Positions 19,122 through 27,626 of a stretch of DNA of 64,000 nucleotides are shown here, one piece after another (position 1 is the first letter of the stretch; every line of letters begins with the position of its first letter). Below the pieces are notes generated by a model. That model worked only from the letters and a program-made list of their open reading frames with translations. It had not been told where the DNA came from and did no database searches. Origin of the DNA: Candidatus Gottesmanbacteria bacterium (GTDB lineage Bacteria; Patescibacteriota; Microgenomatia; JAMCYU01); contig JAZDMI010000021.1 of NCBI GenBank assembly GCA_043801155.1, positions 2,683-66,682 on the forward strand. The letters are read 5' to 3'. The translations under genes and the position numbers were made by a program.

Positions 19122-21263
19122 ATGGCACAACAAGCACCAGAACTAATTGTTACTAAAAAAAGAAACGTTCCTTTAAATATGGTTCGTAATATCGGGATTA
19201 TTGCCCATATTGATGCCGGTAAAACGACCACGACCGAACGTTTTCTCTATTATACCGGCAGAACATATAAAATCGGCGATATTGACGAGGGAACGACAGT
19301 TATGGATTGGATGGATCAGGAACGTGAACGGGGTATTACGATTACTTCAGCCGCGACGACTGCATTTTGGCCGCCGATTGAAAAGGCCAGTAAAGAAGAA
19401 AATCAATATAGAATTAATATTATTGATACTCCGGGTCATGTGGATTTTACCGCCGAAGTTGAAAGAAGCCTGCGGGTTTTAGACGGCGGAGTTGTTGTTC
19501 TGGATGCCGAAGAAGGAGTGCAATCCCAATCGGAAACAGTCTGGCACCAAGCCGATAAATATAACGTGCCGCGGATATGTTTTATTAACAAAATGGATAA
19601 AGTCGGCGCTGACTATCAACGGACCGTTAAAATGATTGAAGATAGATTAGGCGTAAAAACTGCGGTTATGAATTTACCGATCGGCCGCGAATCAAGTTTC
19701 AAAGGTGTAGTTGACCTATTAACAAAACAAACTTATATCTGGGGATCGGATGAAATAGGCGCCAGCTTTGATACCAGTGATGAAATTCCCGCTGACCTAA
19801 AAGACGAGGTGGAAACAGCTCGTTATAAGCTGATTGAAAAGATCAGTGAAACTGATGATATTCTTTTAGATAAGTATCTTAACGGCCAGGAACCAACAAT
19901 TGCAGAATTAAAGGGAGCGTTGCGACGGGCAACTATTGCCTATAAATTGGTACCGATTTATTGCGGTTCATCGCTAAGGAATAAAGGTGTGCAACCGCTT
20001 TTGGATGCCGTGGTTGATTATTTACCTTCGCCGGTTGATTTGCCTGAGGTTGTTGGTTTTAATCCGCAGACTGGAGACAAAGAATTACGCAAGGCTGATA
20101 GTAATTCTCCCTTTGCTGCTTTAGCTTTTAAAATTCAAATTGATCCCCATGTAGGTAAACTGACCTATGCGAGAATCTATTCCGGGACCTTAAAAGCCGG
20201 TTCTTATATTCAAAATTCAGCTAAGGACAATCAGGAACGTGCCGGACGATTACTTTTAATGCATGCCGATCATCGGGAAGAAATTGACCAGGCTTTTGCC
20301 GGAGAAATCGTGGCGATTGTTGGTCTCAAAGATACGACTACCGGTGATACGCTCTGCGACGTTGCTAATCCAATAGTTCTTGAAAAAATTACTTTTCCGG
20401 ATCCGGTTATTTCACTAGCGATTGAACCAAAGACTAAAGCCGATCAGGAAAAAATGAGTTATGCTCTGCAAAGATTAGCTGAAGAAGACCCAACTTTTAA
20501 AATTAAATCTAATTTTGAAACCGGTCAAACAACTATTTGGGGAATGGGTGAGCTTCATTTGGAAATATTAGTTGATCGGATGTTTCGAGAATTTAAGGTG
20601 GGGGCCAATGTCGGAGCACCCCAGGTTGCTTACAAAGAAACAATTAAAGGCCAAGCCCAGGCTGAAGGAAAATATATCCGTCAGTCAGGCGGTCGTGGAC
20701 AATACGGACATTGTTATCTGCGGATTGAACCAAAGAATCGCGGCGAAGGTTATGAGTGGGTTAATGCGATTAAAGGCGCAGCGATTCCGAATGAATTTAT
20801 TCCGGCAGTCCAAAAGGGTGTTAAGGAGGCAATGGATAACGGAGTAATTGCCGGATATCCCCTGGTTGATATGAAAGTTACTTTATATGACGGTAGTTAT
20901 CATGAAGTTGATTCTTCCGAAGTAGCCTTTAAGATTGCTGGTTCAATGGCTCTGCAGTCTGCTGTTAAGCAAGCCCAGCCGACGCTGCTTGAGCCGATTA
21001 TGAAAGTTGAGGTGACGACTCCGGAAGAATTTATGGGTGACATTATCGGCGATATCTCGGCCAAGCGGGGACAAATATCAGGATCAGAGACACGCGGTCC
21101 AGTTAGAATTATTACCTGCTTGGTGCCGTTGGCAGAACTGGCCGGATATGCAACTACGTTACGAAGTATGAGTCAGGGGCGGGCAAATTATTATATGGAA
21201 CCGTCTCACTACGAAGAAGTACCAAAGAACATTCAGGAGAAAATAATATCTTCCCAAAGCTAA
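19122..21263 (+). CDS. fusA: elongation factor G
   Basis: [17 protein letters not shown], 713 aa. Confidence 0.98.
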   Translation: MAQQAPELIVTKKRNVPLNMVRNIGIIAHIDAGKTTTTERFLYYTGRTYKIGDIDEGTTVMDWMDQERERGITITSAATTAFWPPIEKASKEENQYRINIIDTPGHVDFTAEVERSLRVLDGGVVVLDAEEGVQSQSETVWHQADKYNVPRICFINKMDKVGADYQRTVKMIEDRLGVKTAVMNLPIGRESSFKGVVDLLTKQTYIWGSDEIGASFDTSDEIPADLKDEVETARYKLIEKISETDDILLDKYLNGQEPTIAELKGALRRATIAYKLVPIYCGSSLRNKGVQPLLDAVVDYLPSPVDLPEVVGFNPQTGDKELRKADSNSPFAALAFKIQIDPHVGKLTYARIYSGTLKAGSYIQNSAKDNQERAGRLLLMHADHREEIDQAFAGEIVAIVGLKDTTTGDTLCDVANPIVLEKITFPDPVISLAIEPKTKADQEKMSYALQRLAEEDPTFKIKSNFETGQTTIWGMGELHLEILVDRMFREFKVGANVGAPQVAYKETIKGQAQAEGKYIRQSGGRGQYGHCYLRIEPKNRGEGYEWVNAIKGAAIPNEFIPAVQKGVKEAMDNGVIAGYPLVDMKVTLYDGSYHEVDSSEVAFKIAGSMALQSAVKQAQPTLLEPIMKVEVTTPEEFMGDIIGDISAKRGQISGSETRGPVRIITCLVPLAELAGYATTLRSMSQGRANYYMEPSHYEEVPKNIQEKIISSQS

Positions 21264-21276
21264 AGCTTTGGGTTTT
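21253..21276 (+). terminator. hairpin with the fusA stop codon in its loop, followed by T4
   Basis: CCCAAAGC-taaa-GCTTTGGG then TTTT. Confidence 0.45.
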
Positions 21277-21354
21277 ACCTTTAAAGGAAGATATTTAAAA
21301 TGCTTCAATTCATCCGCGCAATGAATTGCACGGTATTCTTGAAGCATTATATAA

Positions 21355-21383
21355 TTGCAAAACAAGCCTAATTGTGGTATAAA
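21355..21383 (+). promoter_or_regulatory. sigma70-like promoter upstream of tuf
   Basis: TTGCAA-N17-TATAAA. Confidence 0.45.
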
Positions 21384-21460
21384 CTAAATACTAATAATAA
21401 ATTTTATATTAAAAAACGCCCGCCTTCGCATCAAGCTTCGGCGAGGTAAGAAAGGAATAT

Positions 21461-22654
21461 ATGGCAGATGAAGCCAAGAAAAAATACGAGAGGAGTAAAC
21501 CTCATCTTAATATCGGAACTATTGGACATGTTGACCACGGTAAAACTACTTTAACCGCGGCCATTACTCAAGTTTTGGCAAAAAAAGGTTTTTCCAAAGC
21601 TTTGAAGTATGATGAAATTGATAACGCTCCGGAGGAAAAAGCCCGGGGATTGACGATTGCTATTTCTCATGTTGAGTATGAAACGGAAAAACGCCACTAT
21701 GCTCATATTGATTGTCCGGGACACGCCGATTATGTTAAAAACATGATTACCGGCGCCGCCCAGATGGATGGAGCCATATTAGTTGTCTCCGCTCCGGATG
21801 GACCGATGCCGCAAACCAGAGAACATGTACTTTTAGCCAGACAAGTTAATATTCCGGCGATGGTGGTATTTTTAAATAAAGTTGATATGGTTTCGGATCC
21901 GGAACTTCTTGATCTGGTCGAAATGGAAATCCGCGAGTTGTTAAAGAAATACAAATTTGACGGAGATAAAGTACCCATCATCCGCGGTTCAGCCCTAAAA
22001 GCCCTTGACGGAGACGCCAAGGCTGAAGAAGCAATCATGGAATTGATGAAAGCAGTTGATGAATATATTCCGACACCAACTCGAGACCTCGATAAACCAT
22101 TCTTAATGCCAATTGAAGACGTATTCTCAATCAAAGGCCGAGGAACGGTTGTTACCGGCCGGGTTGACCGGGGAAAGGTCAAAGTCAACGAGGAGCTAGA
22201 GATTGTTGGTATTAAAGCCACGACCAAAACAGTGGTTACCGGTGTTGAAATGTTTAGAAAAACTCTTGATGAGGGACAAGCCGGAGACAATATCGGAGTT
22301 TTGCTTCGGGGTGTTGAAAAAGACGATGTCGAGCGAGGCCAAGTCTTGGCCAAGCCGGGATCAATTACTCCTCATACAGAATTTGAGGCCGAAGTTTATG
22401 TTTTAACCAAGGATGAGGGAGGCCGTCATACGCCTTTCTTTACCGGTTATCGGCCGCAATTTTATCTCAGGACAACTGATGTTACCGGTGAAGTAACCTT
22501 ACCCAAGGGTGTGGAAATGGTTATGCCCGGTGACAATACCAAGATGATGATTAAACTGATTGTACCGGTAGCAATTGAAGAGGGTTTACGATTTGCTATT
22601 CGTGAAGGTGGTCATACCGTCGGCGCCGGAGCAGTTAGTAAGATTATTGCCTAA
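21461..22654 (+). CDS. tuf: elongation factor Tu
   Basis: [25 protein letters not shown]. Confidence 0.99.
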   Translation: MADEAKKKYERSKPHLNIGTIGHVDHGKTTLTAAITQVLAKKGFSKALKYDEIDNAPEEKARGLTIAISHVEYETEKRHYAHIDCPGHADYVKNMITGAAQMDGAILVVSAPDGPMPQTREHVLLARQVNIPAMVVFLNKVDMVSDPELLDLVEMEIRELLKKYKFDGDKVPIIRGSALKALDGDAKAEEAIMELMKAVDEYIPTPTRDLDKPFLMPIEDVFSIKGRGTVVTGRVDRGKVKVNEELEIVGIKATTKTVVTGVEMFRKTLDEGQAGDNIGVLLRGVEKDDVERGQVLAKPGSITPHTEFEAEVYVLTKDEGGRHTPFFTGYRPQFYLRTTDVTGEVTLPKGVEMVMPGDNTKMMIKLIVPVAIEEGLRFAIREGGHTVGAGAVSKIIA

Positions 22655-22703
22655 TTAGATATTGATATTAGGAATTAGGAATTGGTAATTAAGAATTTAT
22701 TTT

Positions 22704-23012
22704 ATGCCAAAAGGCAGAATCCGTGTACGTTTAAAAGCTTATGACAGTCGGGTTTTAGATGCTTGCTGTCAGCAAATCCTTGATACGGCCGTACGGACCG
22801 GCGCTAAGGTCGTGGGTCCGATACCACTGCCAACAGACAAATCCCGTTATTCTGTTCCCAAATCCCCGTTTACCGACAAAGACAGCCGCGAAGATTTCCA
22901 AATAAGAACACATAAAAGATTAATTGATATCCTTGAGCCAACCGATAAAACCATTGATCAACTGGCCCACCTCGATCTACCTGCAGGAGTTGACATTGAA
23001 ATAAAGATGTAG
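22704..23012 (+). CDS. rpsJ: 30S ribosomal protein S10
   Basis: [10 protein letters not shown]..., 102 aa. Confidence 0.97.
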   Translation: MPKGRIRVRLKAYDSRVLDACCQQILDTAVRTGAKVVGPIPLPTDKSRYSVPKSPFTDKDSREDFQIRTHKRLIDILEPTDKTIDQLAHLDLPAGVDIEIKM

Positions 23013-23313
23013 ATCCCCACACTAATTTCCTATGTTTTATGTATACATTTTAAAAAGCAAAAAAGATGGAAATTTATACACAGGATCAACCAATGATTTA
23101 AAACGCCGTATTGAAGAACATAATTCAGGTTTAGTTTATTCGACGAAAAACCGAAAGCCATTTAAGTTAATATACTATGAAGCATATAGTGATGAAAGTG
23201 ATGCTAGAAATAGAGAGCACAATTTAAAGTTAAGAGCAAAAGCCCTAGGTCAATTAAAAAGAAGGATAAAGGAAAGTCTATCTAAATAATATAAATATAA
23301 TTAGTGTGGGGAT
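23013..23313 (+). mobile_element. 301-bp GIY-YIG mini-cassette bounded by perfect 15-bp terminal inverted repeats
   Basis: ATCCCCACACTAATT (23013-23027) and its exact reverse complement AATTAGTGTGGGGAT (23299-23313). It fills the gap between the rpsJ stop and the next ATG. Confidence 0.6.
23032..23289 (+). CDS. GIY-YIG nuclease superfamily protein (YhbQ/UPF0213-like)
   Basis: FYVYILKS...GNLYTGSTNDLKRRIEEHN. 85 aa. Confidence 0.8.
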   Translation: MFYVYILKSKKDGNLYTGSTNDLKRRIEEHNSGLVYSTKNRKPFKLIYYEAYSDESDARNREHNLKLRAKALGQLKRRIKESLSK

Positions 23314-23315
23314 AA

Positions 23316-23663
23316 ATGTCTGATATACAAAAATTAACCCAGCAAATTCTAAAATTTCGCAATAAAAGGGATTGGAAGCATTTCCATTATCCTAAGGACA
23401 TGGCCATTTCTTTGGCACTGGAGGCGGCCGAGGTTCTGGAACATTTTCAATGGAAAACCCAGGAAGAAGTTGAAGCGTATCTGAAGACGCATAAAACTCA
23501 TATCGCTGACGAACTGGCCGATGTTTTGTGGTGGGTGCTATTAATGAATCATGATTTGAATATTGATGTGATGAGGGCTTTCGATAAAAAATTAAAAATC
23601 AACGAAGAAAAATATCCGGTTGATAAAGCCAAGGGTACACATAAAAAATATACCGAGTTGTAA
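23316..23663 (+). CDS. MazG-like nucleotide pyrophosphohydrolase
   Basis: LALEAAEVLEHFQW and ELADVLWWVLLM helices with acidic metal ligands. Confidence 0.7.
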   Translation: MSDIQKLTQQILKFRNKRDWKHFHYPKDMAISLALEAAEVLEHFQWKTQEEVEAYLKTHKTHIADELADVLWWVLLMNHDLNIDVMRAFDKKLKINEEKYPVDKAKGTHKKYTEL

Positions 23664-23761
23664 GATGATATCTTTTATTTCTCAATAAATACTCTGACTT
23701 TAACTTCAATATTTGACCTCGGTGTTAAAATAGTAATTATTAGAATTATTAGGAGGCATAT

Positions 23762-23956
23762 ATGAGATATGAAAATAATTGTATGCATCCTGCCATTGTT
23801 TATATTCCGGATCTTAGGCCAGGGTCATATGATGCTAATGGTTTAATGGTTGGGTCACTGAAACATATTCCAAAAGAAAAAATTCAAAAGACAGATGTTT
23901 CAGCTAAATATAGACGAATAGGGCCTCCGATTCGTATTGTTGCCAAAGGGTATTAA
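23762..23956 (+). CDS. hypothetical protein
   Basis: Strong RBS TAGGAGG 7 nt upstream of the ATG. 64 aa. Confidence 0.45.
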   Translation: MRYENNCMHPAIVYIPDLRPGSYDANGLMVGSLKHIPKEKIQKTDVSAKYRRIGPPIRIVAKGY

Positions 23957-23983
23957 ATTATTAATTTTCAATGTCGGCAACAT

Positions 23984-24358
23984 CTACTCTTTGTTTTTTT
24001 CTAATTCGTCTTTAATTTGCGGAGCGATATTATCCAAGAAAATCTGATCAACAAGTTCTTCGGTTATATGAGCTTCTCTTGGCCCAAAATGCTGCATAAA
24101 AACATGATGTTGCCCTATTTTATCCGGACTTAATTGTATTTGACAATAAGTATTGGGGAAGCTGCGGTGGATAAAATTACAAATGATTGTTCCACTTTTA
24201 AGCATAACTGTTTCCCATACAGAAATTTGATTTGGTTTCAAATCTTTATGTTTTGGAACTGGAATATCCTCTCCGACGAGCAGATAAACATCAGGCCAAT
24301 CTAAAGGATTGTACTCATTAAGAGAAATTGGTTGTCTTTCTTGTTTAGAGTTATTCAT
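23984..24358 (-). CDS. hypothetical protein (placed behind the repeated 5' module)
   Basis: 124-aa ORF. Its ATG lies 2 nt after an 11-codon remnant uORF. Confidence 0.5.
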   Translation of the reverse strand: MNNSKQERQPISLNEYNPLDWPDVYLLVGEDIPVPKHKDLKPNQISVWETVMLKSGTIICNFIHRSFPNTYCQIQLSPDKIGQHHVFMQHFGPREAHITEELVDQIFLDNIAPQIKDELEKNKE

Positions 24359-24360
24359 AT

Positions 24361-24455
24361 TTAAACTTGTTCTCGAGCTTCAGGATTTATTGACATAAGA
24401 AAGATATTCTACACATTCAAGTTATAATATACAAATCCTGACTAATTCCCACATC
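24361..24455 (-). repeat. copy 1 of a ~95-nt promoter plus 5'-coding module (includes remnant uORF 24361-24396, MSINPEAREQV*)
   Basis: About 85% identical by eye to 25943-26041. On the minus strand it reads TTGTAT-N17-TAGAAT-N9-ATG. Confidence 0.7.
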
Positions 24456-24550
24456 GGTATTCTACCGAAACGGCTTTCCATATAAATGTGCCATTTCTGA
24501 GTGAGACACACTATGATAAAATGGGAACAATAACGGAAAGAAATTAACAC

Positions 24551-25057
24551 ATGTCTAAAACAAAAACAAATGAAATTGTTTATGCATTTATAGATAGCCA
24601 GAATCTCAATTTAGGAGTCAGGAGTCAAAATTGGATTTTAGATTTTGACCGTTTTCGTGTTTATTTAAAAGAAAAGTACGGAACAAAGAAAGCATTTTTG
24701 TTTATAGGTTATGTTGAAGGCAATCAAAGCTTATACACATATTTACAAAAATCCGATTATATATGCATATTTAAGCCTACGTTGGAACTTAATAAAAATA
24801 AAAAAGTAAGAATAAAAGGTAATGTTGATGCTGAATTAGTGCTTCATTCGATGATAGAGTATCCCAATTATGATAAGGCTATAGTTGTTTCCGGTGATGG
24901 AGACTTTCATTGTTTGGTGGAGTATTTAAAGGAGAAAAATAAGCTATTGAAAATAATTGTTCCAAATAGAAAATATTCTTCCCTGCTTAGAGAATTTAGT
25001 AACTATATAGTTAATATAGGGTTGATGCGAAGCAAGTTAGAATTGAGAAAGAAATGA
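24551..25057 (+). CDS. NYN domain (LabA-like) putative ribonuclease
   Basis: AFIDSQNL...VVSGDGDFHCLVEYLKE. Confidence 0.7.
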   Translation: MSKTKTNEIVYAFIDSQNLNLGVRSQNWILDFDRFRVYLKEKYGTKKAFLFIGYVEGNQSLYTYLQKSDYICIFKPTLELNKNKKVRIKGNVDAELVLHSMIEYPNYDKAIVVSGDGDFHCLVEYLKEKNKLLKIIVPNRKYSSLLREFSNYIVNIGLMRSKLELRKK

Positions 25058-25198
25058 AAAGAGAGGCATTCCCTCGGGACGAAACCCTTTGGTAGTCCTC
25101 TCATCGTGATAAAAACATTATACTAAATTTACCTCACTACTGTCAAATACTGTATAGTCTCAGAGGGAAAAAGCATTTTTCTACTTAATGTTTAAAGC

Positions 25199-25579
25199 TT
25201 ATAATTTGGGGAAAATTCCCGAGCTCATCACTTCAATAGCTCTAAGAATAGCTTCCCGGGATTCTTTAGTAGGTTGCACGTCGTCAATAATTGAATCATT
25301 TAGTTTGTATTTTGGCAATAATCTTCTGGCCGCGGCAATAAATTGTGTCTCGAATTCCATTGTCATTTCTCTATTAGGAACACTTTCGAAACCCGGAGAA
25401 TTAAGTATTTCCAGATATGTTTTTGCAGTTCTGACATTACCTTTCAGAGCATCTTGATCTAAAAGAAGCGTAGAACTTCCCCAAGGATCCCTTTCTAATA
25501 ACTTTTGGGCGACGACCCGATCATAAACTTCTGCACGTATATTTTTAAATGTTTCACTGGCATTTGACATAAGAGGCAC
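25199..25579 (-). CDS. hypothetical protein, tandem paralog A
   Basis: Shares DP..SS.L.LDQ.AL...EILNS.G.E..P.R...ET..I.A..RL.PKY.L with 25620-25982. Confidence 0.6.
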   Translation of the reverse strand: MPLMSNASETFKNIRAEVYDRVVAQKLLERDPWGSSTLLLDQDALKGNVRTAKTYLEILNSPGFESVPNREMTMEFETQFIAAARRLLPKYKLNDSIIDDVQPTKESREAILRAIEVMSSGIFPKL

Positions 25580-25619
25580 ATTCTACCTTATTTAGGAAAA
25601 AAAGTATTCCCCTTTAAAT

Positions 25620-25982
25620 TTATTTTTGATTATTAGCTATATATAGAAAAACACCTGCCCGGCAAATTTGGTCTGGTTTGATTTTTTCTAAATAATCCGG
25701 CTTAAGTCCGTATTTTGGTATTAATCTCGAAACGGCATCAATTAAAGATGTCTCACGTTTTAAAAAATCTGCCCGATCAGGAAAGTTCTCATAGCCGGAT
25801 GAATTTAAAATTTCGATAATAGCTTTTGATACCATAACGTGTTCGATTAAGGCAAACTGGTCTAGGATAAGAGAACTTCTATTACAAGGATCCGGAACAA
25901 GGACTGATCTCGCCAGGTAAATATCAGTCATGATCTCAGGTGTTAAACCTAGTTGTTCTAGAGTTTCAGGATTTATTGCCAT
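25620..25982 (-). CDS. hypothetical protein, tandem paralog B
   Basis: See paralog A. TAGAAT-N9-ATG upstream. Confidence 0.6.
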   Translation of the reverse strand: MAINPETLEQLGLTPEIMTDIYLARSVLVPDPCNRSSLILDQFALIEHVMVSKAIIEILNSSGYENFPDRADFLKRETSLIDAVSRLIPKYGLKPDYLEKIKPDQICRAGVFLYIANNQK

Positions 25983-26041
25983 AAGAGAGATATTCTACAT
26001 ATTTGAGTTATAATATACAAATTCTGCCAAATTCCCATCTC
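25943..26041 (-). repeat. copy 2 of the ~95-nt promoter plus 5'-coding module
   Basis: Aligns with 24361-24455 (TTCAGGATTTATTG[AC]CATAAGA.AGATATTCTACA...GTTATAATATACAAAT). Confidence 0.7.
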
Positions 26042-26112
26042 TAAATTTATCTATGTCTCGGATAATAACTCATTAAAATGTATAGGCCAGCCACGTACAG
26101 TCGCCGAAATCC

Positions 26113-26198
26113 CGTTAATTAGACCCATATTACGGTTATATTAACGGTATATTGACAAAATATCGTTAATATGTTAACATATTGTGATGAGATTAACG
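26113..26198 (+). promoter_or_regulatory. Fic promoter with candidate operators
   Basis: TTGACA at 26152-26157. Perfect 16-bp palindrome AATATGTTAACATATT at 26168-26183, abutting the GTG start. CGTTAAT/ATTAACG inverted pairs at 26113-26146 and 26164-26198. Confidence 0.5.
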
Positions 26199-27056
26199 CG
26201 GTTACAGGTGATTTCTGAACTGTTTGCCCAGTACCAGACAAAAAAAATAAACAAAGAATCTCTTCTTTCTATGGTCGATGATGTGGAAATTGCAGAGAGG
26301 GTCTACAACTCCAATGCCATAGAAAACTCGACACTCACCTTGCCCGAAACGGAAAAAATCCTGCTTCAGCTTGAAGTGAATAGGCATATATCGCTTAGAG
26401 AAGTTTTTGAGGCAAAAAATTTAGCCCAAGTCTACAACTATATTAAAAATACTGCCCCTCAAAAACCACTTTCCCTAGATATGATTTTATTACTTCATAA
26501 AATCCTGCTTACCAATATCCGTGATGAAGTTGCAGGACAGTTTCGTACGGGAAACGAAATGGTGCGGGTAGGAAATCACATCGGCATACCCTCGGAATTT
26601 ATAAGTCAAAGGATTCAAGAAATGCTCGTTCAATATAATTCAGACATGGAAATTTCCTTTATTCATAAAATTGGCCGTTTACATGCGGAGTTTGAAAGTA
26701 TTCACCCTTTTATTGACGGAAATGGCAGGATCGGACGAGTTCTTAATAACTATTTACTTATCCGTGAAGGATTTCCTCCGATTATCGTTAGAAATAAAGA
26801 TAAAGAAACTTATTATGATGCCCTGCGTTCATATGACACTTCGCATAATTTTAAACCAATGATGCGCATAGTTGAGTTAGCTGTTTTAGAATCTTTTCAT
26901 AAACGTCTGGCTTACCTTGAGGGACAGCGGATAATTCCTCTTACTGAATATGCGGCTACTCAAAAAAGATCTTTCCATACTCTTTTAAATTCAAGCCGTC
27001 GTCAAACTATTCCTGCTTTTCGCGAGAAAGGCGTCTGGAAAATCGGAGTAAAATAG
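26184..27056 (+). CDS. Fic/DOC family protein (canonical AMPylase-type motif, class II inhibitory helix)
   Basis: HPFIDGNGRIGR, N-terminal SNAIEN (S/TxxxE[G/N]). Confidence 0.85.
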   Translation: MMRLTRLQVISELFAQYQTKKINKESLLSMVDDVEIAERVYNSNAIENSTLTLPETEKILLQLEVNRHISLREVFEAKNLAQVYNYIKNTAPQKPLSLDMILLLHKILLTNIRDEVAGQFRTGNEMVRVGNHIGIPSEFISQRIQEMLVQYNSDMEISFIHKIGRLHAEFESIHPFIDGNGRIGRVLNNYLLIREGFPPIIVRNKDKETYYDALRSYDTSHNFKPMMRIVELAVLESFHKRLAYLEGQRIIPLTEYAATQKRSFHTLLNSSRRQTIPAFREKGVWKIGVK

Positions 27057-27060
27057 GAGA

Positions 27061-27109
27061 AAATCAAAAAAGTCAAAAGAGAGGAAAGAGGAGAGAGAAA
27101 AATTTAATG
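27061..27109 (+). repeat. polypurine intergenic linker, copy A
   Basis: AAATCAAAAAAGTCAAAAGAGAGGAAAGAGGAGAGAGAAAAATTTAATG. About 90% identical to 27576-27626. Confidence 0.75.
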
Positions 27110-27577
27110 AAAATAAATAAACAAATAAAAATCGAAAAACTTACCGAGAAGAGGTTTAATGAAGCGGTTAATTTGGTTTTGGTCGCCAACCTTGATACGC
27201 GGGAAGAAATTGAACATCACCTAAAACATCTGGATGCCCATTATATTGCCCTTGATAATGATAAAATTGTCGGAGTTATCGGTTGGTATCAGGATAATGT
27301 TCATTATGCCAATGAGGCTATGGGTGATAAATTTCCCGGAGAAGAGGCCTACTGGGTGGGATTTTTTACCACTGATAAAAATTACCGGAGGCAGGGAATT
27401 GGTTTTGCCCTGCTTCAAAAATTGGAGCAGGTAATAAAAGAAAAAGGAGAGGATAAAATTTGGGTATCCTCGGTGCCGGAAACAAAAGACTATTATCAAA
27501 GACAAGGATTTGAATTAGTTTTAATGGGATATATCAACGGCAACCAAAAATGTTTTATGGTTAAAAAACTTCAGTAA
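27107..27577 (+). CDS. GNAT family N-acetyltransferase
   Basis: RRQGIGFALLQKLE acetyl-CoA binding motif. 156 aa. Confidence 0.75.
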   Translation: MKINKQIKIEKLTEKRFNEAVNLVLVANLDTREEIEHHLKHLDAHYIALDNDKIVGVIGWYQDNVHYANEAMGDKFPGEEAYWVGFFTTDKNYRRQGIGFALLQKLEQVIKEKGEDKIWVSSVPETKDYYQRQGFELVLMGYINGNQKCFMVKKLQ

Positions 27578-27626
27578 AAATTAAAAAAGTCAGAAGAGAG
27601 AGGAAAGAAGAGAGAGGAAAATTATG
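27576..27626 (+). repeat. polypurine intergenic linker, copy B
   Basis: AAAAATTAAAAAAGTCAGAAGAGAGAGGAAAGAAGAGAGAGGAAAATTATG. Confidence 0.75.

Noticed and set aside
21730-22353. 207-aa minus-strand ORF inside tuf, and similar antisense ORFs inside rpoB, rpoC, fusA, the ATPase gene, hsdR and others in the ORF track
   Set aside because: They lie wholly within strongly supported conserved genes on the other strand and have Ser/Pro/Thr-rich shadow-frame composition. I treat them as non-coding.
25061-25102. GC-rich hairpin GAGAGG...CCTCTC after the NYN gene
   Set aside because: It may be a terminator or a small structured element, but there is no T-tract and I found no second copy. The evidence is insufficient.
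25188-25457. 89-aa plus-strand ORF opposite paralog A
   Set aside because: The minus-strand frame has a paralog next door and a conserved promoter/start module. The plus frame has neither.
27061-27626. Possible CRISPR-like repeat (the GA-rich repeats)
   Set aside because: There are only two copies, separated by a full GNAT gene and not by a 30-40-nt spacer. No cas genes are present, and the Cas4-like gene at 36647 has no array nearby.
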